Shown in pieces: positions 13,130-32,085 of a stretch of DNA of 64,000 bases. The DNA comes from the human T2T-CHM13v2.0 reference genome, Homo sapiens: the NCBI RefSeq assembly GCF_009914755.1, contig NC_060926.1, one strand, 5' to 3'. The notes beneath the pieces are model-generated. The model was not told where the DNA came from. It saw only the letters and a program-made list of their open reading frames with translations, and did no database searches. Position numbers and translations under genes: made by a program. Positions within the stretch are counted from its first letter, which is position 1. Every line of letters starts with the position of its first letter.

Positions 13130-14150
13130 ATGGGGAGAAACCAGAGTAGAAATGCTGAAGACTCCAAAAGCCAGAATACCTCTTCTCCTCCAAAGGAACA
13201 CAAATCCTCACCAGCAAGGGAACAAAACTGGACGGAGAATGAGTTAGACGAGCTGACGGAAGTAGGCTTCAGAAGGTCGGTAATAACAAACTTCTCTGAG
13301 CTAAAGGAGCATGTTCTAGCCCACTGCAAGGGAGCTAAAAACCTTGAAAGAAGATTAGATGAGTGGCTAACTAGAATAACCAGTCTAGAGAAAAGCTTAA
13401 ATGACCTGATGGAGCTGAGAACCACAGTACAAGAACTTTGTGAAGCATACACAAGCTTCAATAGCCGATTCAATCAAGTGGAAGAAAGGGTATCAGTGAC
13501 TGAAGATCAAATTAGTGAAATAAAGCGAGAAGACAAGATTAGAGAAAAAAGAGTGAAAAGAAATGAATAAAGCCTCCAAGAAATATGGGACTATGTGAAA
13601 AGACCAAATCTACGTTTGATTGGTGTACCTGAAAGTGATGGGAAGAGTGGAACCAAGTTAGAAAACACTCTTCAGGATACTATCCAGCAGAACTTCCCCA
13701 ACCTAGCAAGGCAGGCCAACATTCACATTCAGGAAATACAGAGAACACCACAAAGATACTTCTTGAGAAGAACAACCCCAAGACACATAATTGTCGGATT
13801 CACCAACGGTGAAATGAAGGAAAAAATGTTAAGGGCAGCCAGAGAGAAAGGTCAGGTTACCCACAAAGGGAAGCCCATCAGACTAACAGCGGATGTCTCT
13901 GCAGAAATCCTAGAAGCCAGAAGAGAGTGGGGGCCAAGATTCAACATTCTTAAAGAATTTTCAACCCAGAATTTCATATCCAGCCAAACTAAGCTTCATA
14001 AGTGAAGGAGAAATAAAAGCCTTTACAGACAAGCAAATGCTGAGAGATTTTTGTCACCACCAGGCCTGCCTTACAAGAGCTCCTGAAGGAAGCACTAAAC
14101 ATGGAAAGGAACAACTGGTACCAGACACTGCAAAAACAGGCCAAATTGTA
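13130..14150 (+). pseudogene. L1 ORF1p, disrupted
   Basis: MGRNQSRNAE... starts at 13130, premature TAA at 13568-13570, resumes KRPNLRLIGVPE, then a frameshift near 13957. Confidence 0.92.
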
Positions 14151-14214
14151 AAGACCATCAATGCTAGGAAGAAACTGCATCAATTAGTGGGCGAAATAAC
14201 CAGCTAGCATCATA

Positions 14215-18020
<3,806 letters not shown>

Positions 18021-19256
18021 CATAAGTGGGAGCTGAACAATGAGAACACGTGGACACAGGGAGGGGAACATCACACACCAGGGCCTGTGAAGGGTGGAGG
18101 GCTAGGGGAGGGATAACATTAGGAGAAATACCTAATGTAGGTGATGGGCTGATGGGTGCAGCAAACCACCATGGCACATGTATACCTATGTAACAAAACT
18201 GCACTTTCTGCACATGTAACCCAGAACTTAAAGTATAAAAAAAAAAAAACAGAAAAAGAAGTAATAATAAAGTACTGAGTTGATTTATATAAAGATAATA
18301 AAAATATTGTTATTCTTAACAATAACTAAATCCAAACTATTCTTGGACCAGAAATATTTTATTGGTTCTATTTTTTTGATAACGGAGATTACTGGGTCAA
18401 TTGGTAAACTTTGTTTAAATGGGATCTGTGGATCAGACAGTAATATTAATAATTTATTGTATCAATGTTTCCTTGTATTTAATCAGTATACTAAGGTTAT
18501 ATAGGAGTGTTCTTGTGTTTAGGAAATATACACCAGGTATCCAGGGATAATAGTGCATCATGTCTGTAACCTACTGTCAAAGGATTCAGAAAAAATATTA
18601 ACATAAGAGATAAAGACAAAAGGAGACAGAAAGAGAAAAAGAGAGGGAGGGAGGCAGAGTGCAATGTGGTAAAGTATTAACACCTGGGGAATCTGGATGA
18701 AGGTTATATGAGAGTTTTTTGTTCTATTCTGGTAACTTTTCTGTAAATTTGAAATTATTTCAAAATAAGAAGTTTTTAAAATAAGGTTTAAGAGAAGATG
18801 TGATCCATTTGGAAATTCATGTCTTTGAAAAACCAAAAGTTATAAATCAAACAGATCTTCACAACATATAAATCACAAAGGTGACACAGAAGAAAGAAAA
18901 ATGACCAAAGCAAAAACTGACCTGGGTTCCAGTATATGTTCTGCCACTAGTCACTGTAAGCAAGTCATCTAAGCTCTCTGGGCATCAATTACCTTATCAC
19001 TGAAATGAGGGCATTTAATAAAATGGTCTTTAAAGTTCTTTTGCAATCTTAAAACTCTATAATTTTCAATTACTTCCAATGCTCACCTCCTTACTTCTCA
19101 TACATTTTTATAGAGATACGTTTCATAAAATTAATATATTTTTGTTAAATTCTAAAATTTACATGGTTTTTCAATAAACTGAATAATCAATCTTACTGAA
19201 TCCATTAATAAGATGACTCAAAATCTTGTCAATTTGGCAGTAGCCACTATACTCAC

Positions 19257-19597
19257 ATAATATCCACACCTCCTGGAATAGCAGATGATGATGTGTGCTC
19301 TTTGCTGGATGAAGAATCAGTAGTACATTCTGGCTCGGATACAGAATCACTGCTGCAGGGCTCACTATTTGGAGATGCATTTCTTTGAGAGGTAGTGTCA
19401 ACTGCTATAGGTGTTAGCTCACCCTCACCGAATGCATCACTTATAAACATGCCTTCATGGATTAAATAAGCCACCTCTGTGTCCAGTGAATTATCTTTTG
19501 CAGCATTCTTCTGTTGTGAAATCTCTTCCAATTCTCTAGTCCTTTGGTTTTTGTCAAGAACTGAGAGAACAACACTGTGAATGATATTTAATGTTGC
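19257..19597 (-). CDS. VPS54: VPS54 coding exon ~12 (341 nt; ATLNIIHSVV...SAIPGGVDI+AT), includes Ser-rich low-complexity loop
   Basis: Overlaps ORF 19253..19531; ttcttgtag|GCAACA...ATTAT|gtgagt. Confidence 0.97.
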
Positions 19598-22500
19598 CTA
19601 CAAGAAAATAGGACACACTTTTAAGGGACGTAAAATGTCTCTTACCTGAAGTTCCCAAAAGAGAATTCTGTGCATGTAATTTTGGACATCTATAATCATA
19701 AATGAGTCAAAGTCATGTATATCAGAATTTCTACCGATCTTTTATTACATAGGAAAAGTGATGTGAAAAAGAACTGGCCAGGAGAAATGGGTTCACTAAA
19801 GCTTAGAAATAAACTTCCTATATTTTAACTAATTTTTAAAATGGAAATCTCCCTAAAATATGTTGCATATTTCTCTGACCTCTTAAAAAGGTTACACTAA
19901 ACATAACTTGCCCATCAGAGAATCATATACATTGATATGCCTGTCTAAAAGAAAAGGAATCTGTGTTACTTACCATGCCTAGCCCCTACCTCTCTTTCTC
20001 CTTTTCTCGTATCTTCTCTCACTTATTCACTACTCTCCAGACATTCTAGTTCTCTTTCTACTCTTCCCTCATTCCAGGATTGTTCCCACCTCAGTGCCTC
20101 TGCTGCTTCCTCTATCCGGAATGCTTTTCACCTTGATCTTTGCACATATTTCCTTCTCATCACTGAGGTTCTGGCTCCAGTGGTCACTTCCTCAGAGGCC
20201 TTCCCTGAATCTCCACCCAGCAACTCTATCCCATTATCCAGTTTTTGTAAAAAAATAAAAACAAAAAACAAAAAAACCCATTTATCATTATGTACAATTA
20301 TCTTTGTTTATTCTAGGTCTCCTTCTATTAGAATGTCAGCTCCATTCCATGACACTGTAATCCTAATGCCTAGAATAGTGCCTGGCAAATAGGAGGTGCT
20401 CAGTAAATATTGAAAGCTAGGCAAATGAAGAGTAAATTTATGTAAACTAATGTCTTTATGGACAATTAAGAAATAAAGGACTGCTTGCCTATTTTAACAT
20501 TCACAGTTGCAGTCTTACAACTGTTTCTCCCTTTCTCAAAACGCTTGGTTAGTTTTTTTGGAATCTACATGGTTCTAGGGAAGCAGACTCTAACTTCGGG
20601 TCTCCAAAATCAACAAAAGGATCTAAGCTAGTCCAATTAGTACATGGAACCACCACAATCTGAGCTTAATTATTAGTAAGGTACATAGAAGAGAGAATTG
20701 CAAAGAAATAAAGCCAAAGCTTGATGACACCAACAACCTCTTTATGAAAGACCTTAAGGCTGACCTACCTCTGTGTATTTTTTTAGTTGTATGAGCTAAT
20801 AAATCCTCTTAACTGTTTGAGACCCTCTGAGTTGTGTTTCCTGTTATTTGGAACTGAAAGCATTTTAAATGAGTCAATAGCCCATACAGTATACCGAAGA
20901 TAGAGCCTTCAAGAGCTTTAGGACCAAAGTGTCTACTATGGATACTGCATTTTTTTTCTTTCTTCATTGCTCACTAGCTTCTTCTGTATTGTCACAAATT
21001 TGCTGCTCCACTACTGCTGCTTTAATCCTCACTGCTGTCCAATCTTGGATATACTTAGTTCCCCCATCTTGTTTTGCGTCTTTTTCCTTATCTCTTCTGT
21101 CTTGCTAATTTTCTTTCTTAACTTTTTAAAATAAAAAGACATGACAGACCTATCCAACATCTATTCTACATCACTTTTCCCATGGTACAACAGCCATATA
21201 ATTTGGGTAGAAATAAGCCCACTTTCCAGCTTCAAGTATCAGTTCTAAATAGCCCACTCAGTGTACTCCCAACCTCCTTGCCTAATGTTTAGCTTAGAGA
21301 TGAGAAGAAAATCCAGATTTAAACTAATAATCAGTGCACAGCATTTTCCTGATCACAGTGACTGGACATGTGACCTAAACTGGTTCAATCAATTAAAGCC
21401 AAGGACTTTCATTTGATGACTGAAGAAGAAAAACTCCAGGTGAAAAATTCTAAATTTGGCTTAATCGATAAAGGAATTTCATTTGGTGACTGAGGAAGGA
21501 AAACTCTAAGTAAAAAATAGAAAACTTCTAGGTGGTATAGAATTGTGGCAAATGTGGCAGACCTAGAACTGATGAAGCCAAGAGGAAAGAGAAAGGCAAA
21601 GCTGAATTGGAAACAGAGAAACTAAGCTGGAGAACCAAGACAAAACCATGCATGAAGCCCTTCCTAGTCTTGGACTTTTCTTTAATTCCCAGAGCCAATA
21701 CATTCCTTGTACTGTTTAAACCAGTTTGATTTGAATACTTCATTCCTTTTAATAACATCTTCGCTTATACAGTTATTAAAATTTTCCACATAAAGTATAT
21801 CAGGTATTCTAGGGATTCTTCTTTGCTGTTTTCACCGTATCTACACTTTTAAAGATTTGCTGATTATTTTTTCCAAATCCAAAGCCATTCTTAAGAATGC
21901 CAGAAGACTGGTATCCAAAAAATAAGATTTTAAAATACATACTTTCAACAGTAGATACATGGTTTACTTTCTGAACTATTACACAGTCTATAGACAAGTT
22001 CATGTTTCAAAAACACCAGGACAGCTAAGCCAAATATAATTTTCCAATCTTGAGAATGGAGTTAATGAAATATCTGGTAGCCATATTGATAACCATAATG
22101 ACAACTGATATTGTCATTCTGAAATGACAGACTAGGATTATTTATCCATACAACAAAATGAAATTTAAAAGCTAAGAATTCCTTGAAAAGAAGGTAAGCT
22201 GCATTTAAAGGCTGTTATCTTTCTTACCTATAAAAATTAGCCTAATCTATAGGGTGCTAACAATAAACAAGAATTTAATAAAAAGTCAAAATACAATCGT
22301 AAAGAATGAAGTATGGAAGTCTTATAATCCTGATTTCAAAACTTACAAGACTATGGTAATCATAACAGTGTGGTATTGGCATAAAGAGTGACATATAGAA
22401 TAGAGAGAGCCCACAAATGAACTCTCACATATACAGTAAAATGTTTTTTGACAAGGGTGGCAAGACCATTCAATGCAGAAAGGTCAGTCTTTTCAACAAA

Positions 22501-23617
22501 TGATACTCGGAAAACTGAATATCCACATGCTAAAGAATGAAAGTAGACCGCTGTCTTATACCACCTATAAAAACAAACTAAAGTCAATTAAAGGCCTAAA
22601 TATAAGCTCTAAAAATATAAAATTCTTACAAGAAAATACAGGGAAAAAGCTTCAGGACACTGGATTTGGCATTGATTTCTTGGATATGAAATGAAAAACA
22701 TAGGTGACAACAAAAAAATAGACAAATTGGACTACATCAAAATAGAAAAACTTCTATGCATCAAAAGACACCATTAACAGAGTAAAAAGGCAACCTGCGG
22801 AATGGGAGAAAATATTTGTAAATCACGTATATGATAAAAGGTTAATATCCAGAATATGTAAAGAACTTCTACAACTCAACAACAAAAAAACCAAACCACC
22901 CCATTAAATAATAGGCAAATAAAATATTTTTCCAAAAAAGACATAAAAATGCCCAATAAGCACATAAAAAAGATGCTCAACATCACTCATCATTAGAAAA
23001 ATGTAAATTAAACCTACAGGGAAATACCACCTCATACCCATTAGGATGGCTAGTCTCACAAAATCCAGAAAATAACAAGTTTTGGCAAGGATGCAGAAAA
23101 ACTGAAACCCTGCACTATTGGTGGAAATGTAAAATGGTACAGCTGCTATGGAGAACAGTGTGAAGGTTCCTCAGAAAATTACAAATAGGATGACCGTATG
23201 ATCCAGAAATTCCAATTCTGGGGTTGACAAAAATAAGAACTAAAAGGGGGCCTCAGAGAGATATTTGCATATGCATGTTCATGGCATTATTATTATTCTC
23301 AACAGCCAAAAGTTGAAGGCAACACAAATGTCCATTGATGAATGGATAAGCAAAATGTAGTAGATACACATATAATGGAATATTATTCATATTACTCAGC
23401 CTTAAAAAGGAAGGAAATTCTAACATGCTACAACACAGATGGCACCTTGAGGACATTAAGCTACATTAAATAAGCCAGTCACAAAAGGATAAATATTGTA
23501 TGATTCCACTTATATGAAATACCTAATAATCGGTGCACAGCATGAGTGCTCTATGAGTCAAACTCATAGAGACAGAAAGTAGAATGGTGGTTGCCAGGGG
23601 ATTGGGGAAAGTGGAAA

Positions 23618-23641
23618 CGTGTGTGTGTGTGGTGTGTGTGT

Positions 23642-23675
<34 letters not shown>

Positions 23676-23740
23676 TAGACAGGATCTTGCTAGGTTTGCC
23701 CAGGACTTGTGTGCATGTGTGCGTGGCTGTGTGTGTGTGC
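23618..23740. repeat. Interrupted (TG)n microsatellites
   Basis: Directly visible; form the tail of a minus-strand Alu monomer (~23740-23855). Confidence 0.9.
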
Positions 23741-23855
23741 AGACAGGATCTTCCTAGGTTGCCCAGACTGGTCTCAAACTCTGGTCTCAAGCGATTCTCC
23801 TGCCTCAGTCTCTCAAGGTGTTGGGATTATAGGCATGAGCTACTATGTCAGGCCT

Positions 23856-24366
<511 letters not shown>

Positions 24367-24707
24367 TAATAGGTACAGAGTTTCAGCTTTGCAAGATAAA
24401 AAGAGTTCTGTGGATGGATGTTTGTTAACAGTAGCACAATAGTGCAAATGAACTTAATGCCACTGAATTGTGCACTTAAAATCAGTTAAGTTTTATGTTT
24501 ATTTTTACCATGACCAAAAAGAAAGAAAAAATACACACTAAAAAAATACAAATAACAGCAACAGATCCTCAAGTTGTTAACAATTACTCAAATATGAAAT
24601 TTATAAATCCCAATAGCTTATTATTTATCCATTCAAAATAAAAATACTATTGAAATATTCTGGCTGAAAATGTACCCTTTAATTTCTTTTAAAAAGTATA
24701 ATACTAA

Positions 24708-24984
24708 ATCCCTGCACTTTTGGAGGCCAAGGTGGGTGGATCACAAGGTCAGGAGATTGAGATCATCCTGGCCAACATGGTGAAACCCCATCTGTACTAA
24801 AAACACAAAAATTAGCTAGACATGGTGGCGTGCGCCTATAATCCCAGCTACTCAGGTGGCTGAGGCAAGATAATCACTTGATCCTGGGAGGCAGAGATTG
24901 AAGTGAGCTGAGATTGTGCCACTGCACTCCAGCCTGGCAACAGAGTGAAACTCTACCTCAAAAAAAAACAAAAAAACAAAAAAA
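24708..24984 (+). mobile_element. AluSc-like, 5'-truncated
   Basis: Starts at ATCCCTGCACTTT; TSD approximately AAAAG(TA/CG)TAATACTAAA. Confidence 0.88.
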
Positions 24985-25240
24985 GCGTAATACTAAAGTG
25001 ACATATAGAATTGGATATCCTTTGTCTTTGAGAAATAAATGCAACAATGTAGGAGAGTAAATTATTAACCCTGGTAAATCAAACAAGAAATTCAAATAGT
25101 CTATTCCTGTAATGTGGTAAATTCTATTAAAAAACAAAACAACTTTTTCTGATTATAAAAGTAATACTTCTCTTTGTAGAAAATTCAGGGAAAATAGAAA
25201 AGAATAAAAAATCTAAATGACATCTAATCTGACCAGCTAA

Positions 25241-25645
<405 letters not shown>

Positions 25646-26084
25646 CTGTATCTTGCATTTTTAACTGAATATCATAATGTATGTATTTTCTCCTACCATT
25701 AAAAATCCTTGGCTGTATATAATATTCCATGGTAAAGAATGTGTCAAGCATAATTTATTTTACCATTTCTCTATTGTTAGACATCTGGGTTCTTTCCAAT
25801 TTTTAGTTATTTTTAAATTCTTCAATAAAAATGAACAGCTTGTAATTAACATTATTTTTCAGTGAAGTAATACTTGACAGAATCACAAACTTTTTTCACA
25901 GAAAAAAGTACCATATTTCATGTCATCTGTAAAGATGTTGTACATAAGTACTAGTTTAAGTGGTCCAAATGTGAAAATGAGAAATTACAACTATAATCAA
26001 TCAGTTTTCATATAGCACATACATAAAATAATAACTCTACTTAGTTTAACTGACATAGAGCCATTCCACATAGTGGAATAACTA

Positions 26085-26311
26085 CAGTAAATCCTCACTT
26101 AATCTGAATGATAGATTCTGGGAGACTATAACTTTAAGTGAAACCACGTACAGCAGGTTTTTGAATAACACTGTTTCCTTCAGTGTTATTGAAAAAAACA
26201 TTGAAGGAAATGTTTCACTATAATGATGAGTGAAAAAAATAGCTTTGGTATAAGTTGTTTCACTTAAAGTCACAGTTTCCAAGACCTATCCATAACATTG
26301 AAGACTTACTG
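26085..26311. mobile_element. MER6B-like Tigger MITE
   Basis: TA-flanked, CAGTAA(A/G)TC termini and long imperfect inverted arms. Confidence 0.75.
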
Positions 26312-26804
26312 TACTTCAAAAAATTTCTGGCAAAAAGTTGGCCAATTCTACACTATGCAATGTAAGAGTTCTATATAACTAGACATGCAATAATTGAAGT
26401 GTGTGATGATGAGGTCATGGTCAGAATATAAGAAGTGAAAACATGGTTTTGTTATTGAACACCTATAGATACAAGTTTGTGTCTGTCACTATCTATAGGT
26501 AGGATCAACATTTTAGAAGCAGTCTAAATTAAGCACAGTGAATCCCACTCTATAAAACTTTTGTGAACCTGATTGGAGAGCTTACACATGTGACTTAGCA
26601 TTGCTTCAATGTGAATAAAGGAAAATTAATGTCATACACAAGTACCAAAGTCCCCTGCACTATTTAACATGGTACTCAGGAGATGCTGGGGATGTTAACT
26701 AGTACATAAAACACAATGTTAACACTTGATAACTCAAAAAATATCTAATTTCACAAATGGTCCCTTTTAACTGTTACACATGGTAATTCCTAATGATTGT
26801 ATTC

Positions 26805-27116
26805 TTTTTTTATTTTTATTTTTTCATTTTTTGAGATGGAGTCTTGCTCTGTTGGCCAGGCTGGAGTACAGTGGCACAATCATGCCTCACTGCAGCCTTG
26901 ACCTGCTGGGGTTAGGTGATCATCCCACCTCAGCCACCCAAGTAGCTGGGACTACAGGTGTGCATCACTATGCTTGGCTAATTTAAAAATTTATTTTGTA
27001 GAGATGAGGTCTCATTATGTTGCCCAAGCTGGTCTCAAACTCCTGAGCTCAAGTGATCCTCTTGCCTTGGCCTCCCAAAGTGATAGGATTACAGGTGTAA
27101 TCCACCGTGCCCAGCC
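26805..27116 (-). mobile_element. AluJ
   Basis: Full antisense Alu; TSD TGTATTCT. Confidence 0.88.
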
Positions 27117-27342
27117 TGTATTCTTCTTAAACCAAAGCTATGACATGTTGGTGATTCAAACCAGTATGTATTAGAGTCTGACATCTTCTGTAAAATGATA
27201 CGTGACCTGTTCTTTTTGTTATACTAAGTGGTTTAAAATTAAGTGGCTTGACTAAAGAGACAAAATAATTAAATGTAACACATGATGCTTGATTGGATTC
27301 GTGCCCAAAAAGTGAATAAAAATGTAAATAAAGAATATTAGC

Positions 27343-27690
<348 letters not shown>

Positions 27691-28055
27691 TTATATCAAC
27701 ATTGACTTTATAGAAAAATTGATAGTTTGGGGTGATTTTGGGGTGTTTAACAATATTGTACCTCTAGATAACCTAGGAGAACAAAAAATCACGAGAGGAA
27801 ATATTACTGTATAATATTTAATGTAAAGTAAGAGCATATTTCTTTTTAAGTTATAAAATTATAACTTATTAAATTCTTAAAACTGTCAAACTCTGAGGTA
27901 CCTAAATTTTTATTTAAAAACAAGCCTCTTTAGAAAAATTACAAAAACAAAGAAACTGTGTTTTATTCTAGTTTGAGTCTTTATTTACATATTATGTATC
28001 TAGAAAGCTGACTTAATTTTAGGGATATTCTAGACAAACTAATTTATAAGCTTAC

Positions 28056-28152
28056 CTTCACTCTCTGTAGGAAAATTGTAAACTTAGAGAAAATATCCTT
28101 GAGCAGATCAAACCACTGGGGAAAATTCAACATTCTCATCTGATCTGCAAGC
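28056..28152 (-). CDS. VPS54: VPS54 coding exon ~11 (97 nt; LADQMRMLNFPQWFDLL...LQRVK)
   Basis: ttttttctag|GCTTGCA...GTGAAG|gtaagc. Confidence 0.96.
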
Positions 28153-29292
28153 CTAGAAAAAAATAATTCAAACAAAAATAATGATTGTCTCTGGGCCAAT
28201 CAATATAACATCTACAAACTGGAAGAAATGAGACTAAATACTATCTAGTGATAAAATGCAATTTCATCTAGATACCTAACTAAAATGTTGAAGAGGTAAA
28301 TTACCAAAGAGTTATGGCTTATTTAAATATTTTTAAGACTGGTAAGTTAACTATATCATATATCAATTTCATATGAACAAGCTTTATGATCATTGAATGA
28401 ATAAACCATAGAGAAATAAGTGTGAAGATATACTCTGGAATAAAAATGGAAACATACATCTCTCCCCAAAATTTAATAATCTGCTTTTCTAACTACAACT
28501 TTAAAAATACCATATGAGAAGTAATATGGCATGAGTTAAGAGCCCTGGAACCACAACACAATGCCTTGGTTTAAAATAGCAGCAGCTTATTGGAATTGCT
28601 AGCTATGTGGCTCTGGCAAGTGACTTAACCCCTCCACGCTCCAATTTTCTCATCTAACATGAGGAAACTGACAGAACCTACCTTATGTGGTTGTTGTAAA
28701 TATTATATGAGTTAATAAAAAATACTTAGAACAATTCATGACACATTTTTAAAAGTACCATGTAAGCAGCAGCCAATATTATTTTGATAGTTGACAGAAA
28801 TCATTAACTTCAAGGTGAAAAAAAGTAATACAAATTCATTCCCTAAAGATATTTTATAGTACCAAAATGACTTATTACTCTAAATTTTTAATAAACGCAG
28901 CTTCAGTTAAGAGTTTATTCTAAAAAGATACTACAACACTTGATATACAGGAAGTTCTCTACTTCTATGGAGAAAATTCCCTAGGGAAGAAGAAAAACTG
29001 ACTCTCCACATCCATGGAGCTTCTAATAGTGTCCCAATGACTTATGTTTTCCAACCACTAACAATTCTCTGATTATTATAGTTTGCTTCAACTAATTCTG
29101 AAATTGAGTTTTCCCTAGATAATAGTGTGGAAATTAATACTCCATTCTGTGAGTTTGGCCCAAGAAAGTTTCACAGTCGTACATATTGCTAGTCATATCT
29201 AAGCCAGCTAAAAACATTTAAATATCCATATGAACAAGAAATTCAGTCATAAAATATTATCACTATTCTTCTTAAAATAATAGAATAGGAAT

Positions 29293-29626
29293 TTTTCTTT
29301 TCTTTCTTTCTTTCTTTCTTTCTTTTTTTTTTTTTTTGAGACAGGCTCTTACTTCCTTGTGCAGGCTGGAATGCAGTGGCACAATCATGGCTCACTGAAG
29401 CCTGTACCTCCCAGGCTCAAACCATCCTCCTACCTTAGCCTCCTGAGTAGCTAGGACTACAGGCATGTGCCACCATGCCCAACTTATTTTTTTAATGTTT
29501 ATTTTTGGTAGAGATGGGGTCTCACTTTATTGCCCAGGGTGGTCTCGAACTCTTGGGCTCAAGCGATTCTCCCACCTCGGCCTCCCAAAGTGCTGGGATT
29601 ACAGGTGTGAGTCAATGCGCCTGGCC
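29293..29626 (-). mobile_element. AluJ with (TTTC)n tail
   Basis: TSD AGAATAGGAATTT. Confidence 0.88.
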
Positions 29627-29770
29627 AAGAATAGGAATTTCTAGGGTGAAAACAAAAAAAAAATACAAACATGGGCAATTCAAAATCATTAACTCAAACT
29701 TCTCAAAGCCAATTAAAAGTTGATTTTAATTACATAGCTACAAATTTAAACATAATGCTTGCTATGCCCC

Positions 29771-30167
29771 TGTAATGAATTATCTCCAATTTCACCTCTC
29801 CATATCTATGTTCTGTCCCTGTCCATCCTGCTCTCTGCTCTGGGAAGCTAACATGTGGGCCTGGCCATTGAGGAGCCCTTACAAAAACTGGAAGGAGTAA
29901 AGGTACCTACTCCTCTAGCTCTCTAGTAAAGGTACCTATTTCTCCTGTCTCTCTCAAGGGTTGCCTCAGGGTGACTGCTTCCCTCTACTCAAGGTCACAG
30001 CTTTTTTTCCAACTACCTTTCTCCTCAATTCTGTTAAGCACTGTCTTCGTTCCACACTGTCACTTGTGATTTTCCTACACCCTGCTCACACCTTAGTAAA
30101 TAATTCCTTAACGAAATCTACTTCGAATTATTCTAATTTACATCTATCATCTTTTCTCTGACTGATA
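29771..30167 (+). mobile_element. LTR33-like ERVL LTR
   Basis: TGT start, TAAATAATTCCTT motif and a ...CTGACTGATA end; degenerate. Confidence 0.5.
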
Positions 30168-30194
30168 ACCACCAACCTATATATTTATACTTAC

Positions 30195-30250
30195 TTCACA
30201 ACAACATCTGTGTCTATTTCTTCTGTTTGTGAAACTTTATTAATCACACA
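30195..30250 (-). CDS. VPS54: VPS54 coding exon ~10 (56 nt; CVINKVSQTEEIDTDVVV+AA)
   Basis: ttttgcag|TGTGTG...GTGAA|gtaagt. Confidence 0.95.
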
Positions 30251-30347
30251 CTGCAAAATTTAAGAAAAAACAAAAACAATTTGATTAATTGTCTTTCAAA
30301 TCCTAAGTATTCCATGTTCCATTTGTACATTAAAAAGGCCCTTACTA

Positions 30348-31146
30348 TATGAACAGACACTTTTCAAAAAAGGACATACATGTGGCCAACATAACTGATC
30401 ATTAGAGAAATGCAAATCAAAACCACAATGAGATACCATCTCACACAAGTAAGAATGGCTATTACTAAAAAGTCAACAATAACAGGTGCTGGCAAGGTTG
30501 TAGAGAAAAGGGAACACTTATACACTGCTGATGGGAGTGTAAATTAGTTCAACCATTGTGGAAGACAGTGTAGCGATTCCTCAAAGACCTAAAGAGAGAA
30601 ATACCATTCAATCCAGCAATCCCATTACTGGTTACATACCCAGAGGAATAAAAATTGTTCTATTATTAAAGACACATGCACACTTATGTCCACTGTAGCA
30701 CTATTCACAATAGCAAATACATGGAATCAACCTAAATGCCCATCAATGATAGACTGGATAAAGAAAATGTGGTACACGTACACCATGGAATACTATGCAG
30801 CCATAAAAAAAACAATGAGGTTATGTCCTTTGCAGGAACATGGATGGAGCTGGAGCTCATTATCCTTAGCAAACTAACACAGAAACTGAAAACCAAATAC
30901 TGCATGTTCTCACTTGTAAGTGGGAGCTAAATGATGAGAACACACAGACACATAGAGGGGAACACCACACGGTGGAGACTATTGGAGAGTGGAGGGTGGG
31001 AGGAGAGAAATGACCAGAAAAATAACTAATGGGTACTAGGCTTAATACCTGGGTGATGATATAATCTATACCAAAAAAACTCATGTCACATGTTTACTTA
31101 CATAATAAACCTGCACATGAACCCCTGAACTTAAGATAAAAAAAAA
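30348..31146 (+). mobile_element. 5'-truncated L1PA13-16-type 3' end
   Basis: ORF2 C-terminal remnant, 3'UTR and A tail; TSD AAAGGC(C/T)CTTACT on both sides. Confidence 0.85.
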
Positions 31147-31479
31147 TTTTAAAGGCTCTTACTGGCTACAATAATTATTTTACCAGATTTTTATCTCTTA
31201 TGTATCTCTCACAGTGTTTGAAAAGCTGATTACAATTAGCCAATTAAATAATTATTTCAGAGTATGTTTGAATTGTAATAATTAAAATCACCTAATATTC
31301 AAAACTGTTCAAAATCCTACACCAGAAAAGCAGAACTATAATACTTAGGAACAAGGTGTAAGCCCCATATTAAAATCCCAAAAGAAATTAGTATTAGAAG
31401 TTACATTTCCTTGTGATACATGCAACAGTTTAAAATTAAAAAATAAATGCTTAGATTTGAAGTCTGGGAATTGAAACAT

Positions 31480-32085
31480 ACCAGTTTTTAGAAATTGCTT
31501 AAAATATATATACAGAAAATTGTACAAATTATGTTTACAGCTCAATATTTTTGTACAAATGGAGTACATCTGTGTAATCAGAACTCAGCTCATGAAACAA
31601 CCTTGCTAATACCCAGAGCTCCTCCCCTATTCCCCTACCAGTTACTACTTCCTCCCAAAATATACTATTATCTTGATTTTTAAACCATAGAATAATTTTG
31701 CCTGCATTTGAGTTTTACATAAGTGGAATCATACAATGTATACTTTTCTGTGTCTGGTTTCTTTGGCTCCACATTATGTCTATGATATTCATTTGTTATT
31801 CTGTGTAATCTATTCATTCTCATTAATGTATAGTATTCCACTGTACAAATACATCAAAATTCTATTTATCCTTTCTACTGGTGATGGAATTTGGGCTGTT
31901 TCCAGTTTTTAAAATTACAAATAGTACTGCCAGGAACATTCTTCTGCTGTGTTTTGGTGAACTTATATACATATTTCTGTTGGGTGCATACCTAGGAATA
32001 GAAATGCTGGGTCACAACATGTATGCAAATTTGGCATTACTATATATTGCCAACAATTTTTCAAAGTGGTTGTACCAATTTAAAA
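31480..32085 (-). mobile_element. L1ME-type remnant
   Basis: TGGAATCATACAATGT...TTGGGCTGTTTCCAGTTT...CAAAGTGGTTGTACCAATTT. Confidence 0.7.

Noticed and set aside
12626-13201. 191-aa minus-strand ORF
   Set aside because: It is an antisense reading of the L1 5'UTR/ORF1 start from a non-ATG codon, with no independent coding evidence.
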